IMG/VR virus record: IMGVR_UViG_3300029305_003084
Origin: a virus
Taxonomy: Duplodnaviria; Caudoviricetes
Strand: one strand, 5' to 3'
Length of the DNA stretch: 64,000 bases
Position 1 is the stretch's first letter; every line of letters begins with the position of its first letter. The position numbers were made by a program, and so were the translations under genes. The notes beneath the pieces were generated by a model. That model made no database searches and was not told the DNA's origin. It was given only the letters and a program-made list of their open reading frames with translations. This document shows, in pieces, positions 40,132 to 56,100 of the stretch.

Positions 40132-40630
40132 AATAGTCCTCCATAATTGTATGCTCAAAATTCTTTGTTAAATCATCTAATGTTTGTAACATGTTTGATG
40201 AATTATATAACTGTCGTATAAATACCCGAATATTTATAAATTCATTGATATTTTTATTTTTTGTATTCTTTTTTAATACAGAAATTGCATCTTTAAGAAT
40301 ACCATGTTCATCAAAAGACATGATACAATCATTATTAATATGCTCTAAACATTTCATAGTATATTGAATTTGATATTTAGTAGTTTGAATCAAATCTTCA
40401 ATATATCTTCTTTCTTTTTCTCGTACAGCAAATCCCTCTACTTCTTCAAGTAAGAGGTCACTATATCGAATCATCATTTTATTAAATTTCTTTTCAGAAC
40501 TTATTTTTTCAATATAATTATCATATAATTCTGCCTGTAAAATAAAATATTCTAATAACATTTTATTTTCAGTAATTGCTAACACTTTATCTTTTTTGTC
40601 ATATATGACATATAATTTAGGTTTAATAAT
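40124..40630 (-). CDS. Hypothetical protein (probable ATT start at 40627-40630)
   Basis: The frame stays open up to RBS GAGGAGGT; extension KPKLYVIYDKKDKVLAITENK resembles the N-terminus of 33556-34062. Confidence 0.55.
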   Translation of the reverse strand: MIKPKLYVIYDKKDKVLAITENKMLLEYFILQAELYDNYIEKISSEKKFNKMMIRYSDLLLEEVEGFAVREKERRYIEDLIQTTKYQIQYTMKCLEHINNDCIMSFDEHGILKDAISVLKKNTKNKNINEFINIRVFIRQLYNSSNMLQTLDDLTKNFEHTIMEDYYG

Positions 40631-40666
40631 AATTACCTCCTCGTATATTTTTTATTCATGGAGGAT

Positions 40667-41563
40667 TTACTCATTAGGTTTTCTCTTTCGATGAACCCAC
40701 TGTTTTAAATCTTCATTATAATAACTAATATAATCTTTTTTATTAGTTACTTCTGTATTTGTATCGCCCATAGAAACATATTGATTAGTTCTCACTTTTT
40801 CAATTTCTGTAGGATTATAATGAAAATTACGTTTTAACGGAGGAGCTTTCCATGGAACATGATATTCAACTTGATTTAATTCTGTCTTAGTTTTCTTTTT
40901 ATATGGTTTTTGTAATTCAGATAAATTGATTTTACAATAATCTTGTAAATTCTCATAATTATCTTGATTTTTTCTTAATAAATTATCAACTTTTAAATAT
41001 CCTAGATTTAAATTGTATTCGGCCCATTCATTTAAAGGAATGGTTTCTCTAATATAATTATCTGCTTCTTTATATGTATAAAATACTCTATAGTGTACTA
41101 CTGGATTATTTGTTTTAATTTCATCAAATAATGCCTTTGTTTCAAATATACCAATGGCATTATTTTTTAATATTAGTACACTATAAAAACCATTTTTAGG
41201 TTTTTTAATTCTCATATAATTAAGCATACATTTTCTTCTAGGTTTATTATTATCAAATAATATATCCAATGGTTGTTTTTTATGTTCAGCATCATCATAT
41301 TTGATGAACTTATTTAATTCAATTGTATATGTGTTTTTATCATCAATATCGATAATACCATAGTCTTCTGTACTAAAATTGATGAATATATATTGAACTA
41401 ACCATCTTTGTGCTGATTCAAAATCAAAAAATGATTTCATTTGTTTTATTCTATTAAATTCTTTTAAATATTTATAAATATAGAATTGATCAACAATACC
41501 AACAGTATCGTCTGTTAATATCATAGCAAAATATTTTATTTTATTATTCATTATTAATTTCAC
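40667..41563 (-). CDS. Protein with two RNase H1 N-terminal (viroplasmin)-like repeats
   Basis: KYFAMI..VGIVD..KSFFDFESAQRWL and FYSVLI..IGIFE..RVFYTYKEADNYI; early-type promoter at about 41590-41610. Confidence 0.5.
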   Translation of the reverse strand: MKLIMNNKIKYFAMILTDDTVGIVDQFYIYKYLKEFNRIKQMKSFFDFESAQRWLVQYIFINFSTEDYGIIDIDDKNTYTIELNKFIKYDDAEHKKQPLDILFDNNKPRRKCMLNYMRIKKPKNGFYSVLILKNNAIGIFETKALFDEIKTNNPVVHYRVFYTYKEADNYIRETIPLNEWAEYNLNLGYLKVDNLLRKNQDNYENLQDYCKINLSELQKPYKKKTKTELNQVEYHVPWKAPPLKRNFHYNPTEIEKVRTNQYVSMGDTNTEVTNKKDYISYYNEDLKQWVHRKRKPNE

Positions 41564-41619
41564 ATCCTTTAATTTATTTGTGTATATTGATATAATATAT
41601 AATTGAAATATTTTTAAAT

Positions 41620-42760
41620 TATTTTATAGATATTATTTAATATATTTCTCAAAATATATTAAATAATATCTATAAGTTTTTTTAAAATGTTATATTAAAT
41701 GTCTCTAGTTTGGCTACGAGAACCATGAAATGGTTCTCGGCTTATATAAAACGCTTTCGGCTGGAGGACCAGCCTCATAATTCAATTGGGCGACGCCCAA
41801 TTGAATTACCGCGTGAGCCCGATTTATTTTTTATTTCATTTTGATGACTCTAGTTCCCAATCAGGTTTAACCATTATAAAAATTATTATTTTTTTTATAA
41901 TTAGATTTTTTTTATTTTATATTCTAAAAATATATTAATGGAAACATGTTATATATTATACTGAAAGAAAGCGGTTCACTTCGTTCTCCCCTTTCTTTCA
42001 TACGCCCCCCCTTACCCCCCCAGACATAGAACAAACATGGCAAAGCTCCTGAAGGGGTCAATAATAGCGGGCGATCCAGGAATTCCTTACATTGAATACC
42101 AATAGTAAAAAATACCTATGTTATGGAAACTTAATGTCAGTCAGGAGGCACTAAAAACTCTTTCAAATACAATCTTGGGTTGTCTCTTGTGATATTTTAA
42201 AATAACATACGTTATCGCCAACTCACATTTGATCTAGGTCTTATAATCAATCATATGAAATGCCTATTTGGTCGAGGCTCCTTATCTCCTTAACAACTAC
42301 CTCTACCCGTAATAACGATTGTATAGGGACTTTACCCAGAGAAAAGACTGCATATCAGTTTGACCTTGCTATCTTTCTTCTCTCCGACTAGTATTGATTT
42401 TCTTTTATCACTATGTTATATAAATAATAAAAAATAATTATAATTTATTTTTCAATTAACAAAAAAATAATGATATTAAAATATTATGGAATGTATAATA
42501 TTATTTACAATATCAGGAGGCTATGATGAGATATTCTAGAAATTCCTTCATAGTAACAAAAACCTTCTTACCATCCGTCCAAATTTTTAATTAAAATAAA
42601 TTATTAATGAGGACATCCTTACATTCGTATGAATATTACAGTTACTTTTATATGATTATTGATTATGAACTACACCTAATTATATATGTTACCTAAACCC
42701 TCTCATATATAATTGGCATAATTTTATAATTATATAAAAGTACATTTAATCTATATTTTC
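41620..42760. other. Long non-coding region, hairpin-rich with GC-rich patches; candidate origin and/or ncRNA
   Basis: No long ORF; multiple inverted repeats; C7-TTA-C7 at 42005-42021. Confidence 0.5.
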
Positions 42761-42817
42761 TTTATAGGAAAACATTTACATAAATAAATTTCGAATATAG
42801 AATGAGGTGAGATATTC

Positions 42818-48251
<5,434 letters not shown>

Positions 48252-48411
48252 ACTAATTTTCAATTATATATTATAGTAGTAGAAGAGAGAGAATTATATA
48301 AATCATATTGAGATATATGTGACAACAGAGTCCATATATCTCAATATGATAATTTTATTTTTAACTACACAGTTATATAACTAATTAAATTAGATAGGAG
48401 TTGATAAAAAA

Positions 48412-48939
48412 ATGACATTAGAGGAACAAAATGAATTAATTGAGAAAAACCTTCCTCTAGTATATTATTGTGTCAATAAATTCTATCCTACATATAAATT
48501 TGATGAAGATGTAATTTCTTGTGGTAACATAGGACTAGTAAATGCTGCAAGAACTTTTAATATATCTTCAAATATCAAATTTAGTACATATGCTGTGACA
48601 TGTATTAAAAATGAAATTTCAACGTATTTTCGTAGAGAATCAAAACATAAAGATGAATTATCATTAAATAACTTAGTTACTGATGTCAATTCTGATGATT
48701 ATTTGGAATTTATTGATTTAATTAAAGTTGAAGATAGTCATTTTTCTCAGATTGAAGATCATGATTTAATTCTTTCTTTTAAAAAAGTGTTAAATGAAAA
48801 GGAATTCACATATTTTATTTTATATAATATTGCAGGTTTAAATCAACGTGAAATTGGAGATTTATTTGGAATAAGTCGAGCATATGTTAATTTTATAATT
48901 AAAAATGCAAATAAAAAACTACAAGGATTTATTAAGTAA
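48412..48939 (+). CDS. Sigma70-family sigma factor (SigK/SigE sporulation-like)
   Basis: LIEKNLPLV, GNIGLVNAARTF, IKFSTYAVTCIKNEI, LNQREIG..GISRAYV; early-type promoter at about 48258-48275. Confidence 0.88.
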   Translation: MTLEEQNELIEKNLPLVYYCVNKFYPTYKFDEDVISCGNIGLVNAARTFNISSNIKFSTYAVTCIKNEISTYFRRESKHKDELSLNNLVTDVNSDDYLEFIDLIKVEDSHFSQIEDHDLILSFKKVLNEKEFTYFILYNIAGLNQREIGDLFGISRAYVNFIIKNANKKLQGFIK

Positions 48940-48978
48940 AACTTTATTGAATGATATACATCTTAGTAATATAAAGGA

Positions 48979-49212
48979 ATGATGACTACTATGAGGATTA
49001 GTGGAGAAGCCAGTTTAAAGTTTAATGAGGAAGGAATGAAATTAGAAGTGAAAAATCTTAATATTAATAATTTTTGCATTGACAATGTATTTAAATACAT
49101 TGATAAGAAACATAAAAAGCTTATGAAGAAAGCTGAAAAAAATGAAACACGAGAAATCGCAAAAGAATCATCTAACAATGATGATATGTATGTGATTGAA
49201 ATTAATGTATAA
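48979..49212 (+). CDS. Hypothetical protein
   Basis: Short ORF in the operon; start uncertain. Confidence 0.5.
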   Translation: MMTTMRISGEASLKFNEEGMKLEVKNLNINNFCIDNVFKYIDKKHKKLMKKAEKNETREIAKESSNNDDMYVIEINV

Positions 49213-49297
49213 TATTATATTATACGATAAACTATAAGATAAAGCGTATATAAATGCTTTATTATATAATCTATTAATTTTATGGAGGTAACAACAT

Positions 49298-49855
49298 ATG
49301 AGCATGAAGACTCTAGACGAAGTTCTAAAGGAAATTGAGGAAAGTGTATCTGTTTCTAAGTCTGGTAAGATTAAGAAGACTTTTAGCAGAGCAGATTATG
49401 ATCGTGTTCTGAAGACCCTAATGAATACTCCTGAATACAAGGCAGTATATTGCTCTACTAAGAATGGTGAGCTTGTAAAGACTGAGGTCGAAATCGTTAA
49501 GAAGATGAGAGACTCTCTAAAGAAGGTACTAGAAAAGGCTGGTCTGGATAAGCAGGCCGCAGATGATTTCATGAATAATCATCAGTTTACTAACGTAGAT
49601 GGTTTCTATGAAGTGTTTACTGAAGCAACTTATCTATTCATGAATGCTAATAAGAAGTTTGACTTCCCCACTCGTGAAGATTTCAAGGGTTCTATTTCTA
49701 TTAAGACTGTTGATGAATCCGTTGGTACTTTCAAGAGCATTCGTAAGCCTGGTGACAATACTCCTCCTGAAGAGTTTAAGATTAAGACTGGTAAGCATAA
49801 GGTTCTGGAGAAGAAGTCCAAGGCACCTGCATGGATCAAGAATAAGTTTAAGTAA
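49298..49855 (+). CDS. Basic, probably abundant DNA-binding protein, possibly HU-like
   Basis: Lys-rich, strong codon bias, RBS GGAGGT; the C-terminal half loosely resembles the HU beta-arm. Confidence 0.45.
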   Translation: MSMKTLDEVLKEIEESVSVSKSGKIKKTFSRADYDRVLKTLMNTPEYKAVYCSTKNGELVKTEVEIVKKMRDSLKKVLEKAGLDKQAADDFMNNHQFTNVDGFYEVFTEATYLFMNANKKFDFPTREDFKGSISIKTVDESVGTFKSIRKPGDNTPPEEFKIKTGKHKVLEKKSKAPAWIKNKFK

Positions 49856-50133
49856 TTAAACTTATTATTGATAAATTTATCTCGTTTGACGGATTTGTTC
49901 AAAGGGGATAATGTTCTTCATTGCAATTATCTCTGATACATGGATAATTGGTCGTAACATATGTTATGGGTTATAATGTATTTGGCTCTCCTTAGGTGTA
50001 ATAGGAAGTATGGATATTTTCCATACTTCCTATTATTTTTTTTATTTTTTTCTGCCACATCTATAAAGTCCTTCAAAAAACATTACAGTAAGAATATTCT
50101 GCATATATACTTCTGGAAAGGAGGATTACAGAT

Positions 50134-53100
50134 ATGGCGGAATTTAATAAAAATGATATTACACGAACTTCAAATTGGTTTAAAAATGTAGCAAAATCAT
50201 TAGGTTATGCTAGTTATGATGTTGTCAAAGACAAGATGCCTTTTGTTATGGCTACATTTGAAGATAATAAATCAATTATTACTGATACTAAGCAATTACT
50301 TAGATCAAATCGTGGTAGCACAACACGACTTGCAAATATTTTAGGCACAACTGCTGCTAAAAATATCGACTCATTTAAAATCGGTGGTAAGAATGCATTA
50401 GAAGATTTTAAATCTGGTAAAATTTATAATAAAGCTAGAGAAACCGAAGCTATTTTAGGTACTGGTGGATTTGACGATTTTGATGATATTTTTAGTGATG
50501 GTTATACAGATGATGATATTAGTGTAGAGATTGAGGAAACTGAATCTGATAAACCTAATATCATTATTAATTCAAATATTAATGAAAATAACCCTATGGT
50601 AACTGCAATCAAGGGTCAAAGTGATCTGATTTTAGAAACTGCTAAGGTTACAAGTAAACAAAATGCTATCATAGCAGATGTTCAGTTAAAATCAATGAGT
50701 AACTTTGTACAGCAGTTACATGGTGGATTAACTACAATAAATGAAAATGTATCTCGGGTTGTTGACTTTAATTCTAATCATATGACATCTTATGTAGGTG
50801 CTTCATTAAAGTTCTATGATACTCAGATTTCTTTAATGGGTGATGTCATTACTGAATTAAAGAAAATGACGGCTGTTACTGGTAAAAAAGAAGTTGATAA
50901 ATATCAAAGTCCCATTGATGATGTAATGGGTGATTATGGTGGATTTAGTCTATCTAATTATTTTAAATTAGTAAAGAAGCAACTTAATAATGCATTAGAT
51001 GGTACTATGTTTGGTGGTACACTAAAAACTATGTTTGGTACTGAAGATGCATTCTTAGAATTAGTTAATAATCCGTTAGCAATCATTCCAAAAACTGTTA
51101 TTAGTAAAATGATTCCTGAAATGACTTCAAAGATTATGGAATCATTTAATAAGAGTTTTGAAAATTTTATTCCCTTATTCTTTGATAGAATTTATCAATG
51201 GGGTGAAAATAAGAATGATCCATCAGGTATTGCTAGTTTCATTGGCCGTACATTAGGTGTTAATACATCAGTATATACATCTATCGATCCTGGTAAATAT
51301 GAAAAAGGTGCAATACCCTTTGATGGCGTTACAAAAAAAGCAATTACTAATGTAATTCCTACATATTTAAGAAAAATATTAGCTCATTTAACAGGTCATG
51401 ATGAATTAGTATACAATTCAGATAATGGTAAATGGACAACATTAGCAACTGTTAAAAAAGATTTTAATAAGGAAATGAATCGAATTGCCACTAGAGAATA
51501 TAGTGATATATATGATCTAGAATCTAGGGTATCTAAGCTTAATTTAGATTATGATGAACAGGCAAGATTCAATGAATCTATTAGAAACTTTTTTGCGGGA
51601 TTATCAAAATCAAATGTTGGATTTAATCCTAATGCAAAATCTGGTGATGCTAACGATTTAATTGAAATGTATTTTAAGGATAATAGTGATGTTACTGATC
51701 ATCAAATGGCTGAAATGTTCCGTAAGATGATCAAATCATTACCTAAATCCGCTCAAATGAGAATTGCTAGAGAGCAATTGTCTGGTAGAGTTAGTGTTCG
51801 AAATTGGGTAAATGAAAAAGAAGCTAATCCTGATACGTTGAGCGATATTGTTAGCTCTGGTATAATGGATGATTCATTATACAAAGCAAAATCTCAAATT
51901 GAAGCAAATAATGCTGTAAGAGGTAATGCTGGTCGCAATAGAACTGATGCACGTAGTTTATCTGACTATGGTGAATATACTCAAGATCAAATTAATGAAT
52001 TATTAAATGGTACTTCTCCAACGCAATCTGATAGCAATCGAACTGGATTTAGAAAATTTATTGAAGAAAAGTTTGGAAAATTAACAAATGCTGTTAATAA
52101 TGTACTGATAAAAGGTGATAACGCATTATATAGAATTATTTTTGGTAAAGAAACCACTGATGATATTGATACTGATGGATCATTTGTTGGTACATTAATG
52201 TCAGGTATTCATAAATCGTTTAATAAATTTTTTAATTGGTTTGAAAAAGGATTTAATAAAATTTCAGATAGATTAGTCGGTGACAATGGTCTAATTACTA
52301 AATTAGAACAAACCGAATTTATGAAAAAACTCAAATCTGGAGCTACCAAAACTAAAGACTATTTATTTGGTTCTAAGGATGAAAACGGTAATTATCATGG
52401 TGGTTTGTTATCAGATGTTGGTAATGAACTATCTAATATGAAAAATAGTGTTAAAAATTATATAATGGGACCAGATAATGAAAATAGTGTTCTTAATAAT
52501 ATAAAAAATATGTTTGGATCATTTAGAACATCAGTAAATGATTTTCTATTTGGCGAAAATGGTGTTGATGGTGCCAAGGATAAAGCTAAAGGTGTTCTTA
52601 GTGATTTCAGTGATTCATTAAGAGATGGTTTCCAATCTTTTGCTAATGCATTTTTTGGCACTACGGATAAATTAAAAGATGGTAAGTTACAGAATAAAGT
52701 AAATATTGATGAGCTGACATCTAAATTAAAGGATTTTGCACCTAAAGGTATTGCTGGTGGTATTGTCGGTGGTGGCTTAGGTTTAATTGCAAGTGCTGGT
52801 GGATTTGGATTATTAGGTTCATTATTCTTAGGGCCTATGTCTGGTGTTGTATTAGGTGTAGGTGCTAGTTTATTATCTCGATCTGAACGATTTAAAAATA
52901 TGCTTTTTGGTGAGCATGATGAAAATGGTGAACGTACTGGTGGATTTATTAGTAAATCAGTTCAGAATTTCTTTAGAGATAACAAAAATTATTTAATTGG
53001 TGGTGCTGCATTAGGTACTGCAAGTGGTATTTTAGGTGGATTAGGTGTGTTGCCTGCATTAGTTGCAGGAGGTCCTATCACCGGTGCCATTTTTGGTCTA

Positions 53101-56100
53101 GGTGCAGCAATGTTACGAAAGAGTGAGTCTTTCCAATCATTTATGTTTGGTGACTTAGATGATGACGGTAAACGTAGAGGTGGTCTAATCACTAAATTAA
53201 CAAATGCTGTTAATAGTGATCAGGCTATGAAAAAACTTGGTCATGCTGGTGCTGGTGCTATTATTGGTGGTATTGGTGGAGCAACATTGGGTTCTTTTGG
53301 TTTACTAGGTTCATTATCACTAGGCCCATTAGGTGGTGCTATTGTTGGTGCTGGTGCTGGTATTGCATTAGCTGCTGATAAATGGAAAGAAAAAATCTTT
53401 GGTAAATTTGATGAAGATGGTAATCGTACTGAGGCTGGTTTATTAAGTAAACTAGCAGTTATGACATCAGTAAATGTATTACAACCATTAAAATATAAAA
53501 CTATGGAATGGCGATTTGGTGTTGAAAATTGGTTTGAACAAAAAATCGCTTTACCTATTATTGAAGCAGTTGATCCTATTAAGGAAGAATTTCATAGGAT
53601 TGGTAATAAATTAGTAGATTTTGTTGGTGGTGTCGCTGAGACATTCCATATTCCTGATATTGCAAATGGTTTAAAAAATAATTTATTTGTTCCAGTTGCA
53701 AATTCTGTTAAGAAAGTAGCTAATACTGCAGTTGATGGTATTGGTAAAGTAACTGGTTGGGTTTTACAAAAACCTGCTGAATTAGTATCTATGGTCGTTG
53801 ATAGAATCATTGTACCTAAGCATATGCGTGATGGTTTACGTGATGCTAGAAAAATGATTCTAAAAAATATTGCAGATTCTAAACCTGGTCAGATGGTTAC
53901 TAAAACTGTAACAACAGTTGGTAATTTTACTAAAGGTGTAATTAGTGGTGTTGGTGACTTTGCTAAAACTATTATTAAAGGGACATTTAGTTTCCTTGGT
54001 AAAGGTTTATTAGCAGTTGTTAAAGCACCTTTCCAAGCAATTTCTCTACCAATTAAAACAATTGGTAAGCTTGGTGATATGTTAAGTAACCGTAATGTGA
54101 ATTACGGTAGTCAAGAAACATTACATGATATTAGAAGTGGAAACCGAGGATTTCTTGGTTCCATTGGAGATTTAGCTCAAACATTTAATCCTTTCTCTAA
54201 TATTAGAGCATCAGCTAAATATCAAGGTGTTGACATGGATGCTTTAAGAGAAAGAGCTATTAAAGAGAAATTCACTGATAAGGATGGGAATATTATTCCT
54301 CATAGTGAAAAAGATCTTGATAAAGAAGTTAGACGACTAGCTAGAAAATATCCTGGTGGTGCAAGTTATCAAGAGGATAGAAATCGTAAGTCTAGTGAGT
54401 ATAGAAATAAGATTAGTGATAGAGCTAAAAAAAGAAGAGAAATTCTTGAAGATTATAAGAATAGAATTCAGAAAAATCAAGAATTTGCATCAGGTCTTGG
54501 ATATAATCTACTAAGTGATGAAGATAAAGCTTCAGTTTCACTTAAAGATTTAAATAAAATTGAAGATAGTGTATACAGAAAAGTATATGGTAAAGATTAT
54601 AAAAATAAATCTAAATTTGAACAAGATAGATTTAAGAGTCAACAAGCATCAGAAAATGCAACCATTAAGATGGCTGGTGCTGTAGAAGATATTCGTAATG
54701 CATTATTAGGACAAGGTGCTAAAGTCAATGTAGTTAATGATAGTTCTGATAATATTTCAGATAATCCTATTACAGACTCCATGAGTTCTAGTAGTGATAG
54801 TTTAATTGATTTAGATAATAATACTAATAAAAGTGGTGCATTGGCCAGATTAACTTCTAGAAGTGAATCTGATCAATATTATAAAAATTATTTAACTGAT
54901 GGTGTTACTTGGGCAGAACAGAAACAAGAACGAGAAGCCGAAGAACAAGAAAAGGGTCGTCAAAATATTTTCCAAAAGATTCTTGGTTCATTAGAACATG
55001 GTAATGAAACCCGTGATAAATCTGCATTTGATTGGGGTAAGATTTTTAGTAAAACCGGTCTAATTACTGCAGGCTTACTTGCAGCATTGCCTTTTATTTT
55101 AAACTTCTTCAAAGATCCTTCAGGTGCATTATCTGGATTAGTTAATGGTCTTGGTGGTTTTATATTAGAATCATTTGGATTAAAGGATAATGATGGTAAT
55201 AGAACTGACAGTTCCGGTAATACTCAAGTAAATAATAACATGGTTGAATCTGGAGTTCGTGGCGGTGGTCAAATTGCAAGTGTTGGTTCAAGAGCAACTG
55301 CAACAGGCATTAATGCTGCTATGAAAGCTGCAGAAAAAATAAGAAATCATACAAGTAATTTATATAATAATGTAACTAAAAATAGACAAACTGCATCTAA
55401 TATTGTAGATGATACATTAGCATTAGGTGCTGGTACTACTGATGAACAAGCTAAAGGCATTACTAAATTTATGCAGTTATTAAAAACATTACCTAGTAAA
55501 TTTGCTAGTTTTGTTGAGAGTAAATTTTCAAAAGTTAAATCTAGTAGTGCTATTACTAAAATTGTCAATTTAATAGATAACGCTGCTGCTAAGATAACTG
55601 CAAAAACATTACAGGGAAATTATTCTAGAATAGCTCGTGCGTTAAGTTATGCTGTACCTGGACTTAATATTGTTGCAGGTGCACTAGATATTGGCTTTGT
55701 GACATATGGTATTATTAGTGGTGGTACTAAATCTGAAACAGCAAACTTATTCCATGTTGCTCAAAAAGATGTAACCGCAGGTATGCGTACTGTTAGTGCT
55801 GGTTTAAAAGGTATGTTAAATTATAGCTGGGCGTTTGCATTTGCAATTGTTTGTGATTTAGCATATGAGATGACTGGATATGATTTACTACATAATATTG
55901 CTGTAATCATTTATAAATATTTATTACCTAATACTGATGATTCTAAACTAGATTCTAAAATTAGTGGTTTTAGAACAGAATATGACCAGTATACATTAAA
56001 AGAGCAGATTAAAAAAGGTAATGTAACATACGATGAAAATGGTAATGCTCAATATACTGAAGGTGCACAAATAGAATCTTTTGATTCTTTTAACGATAGA

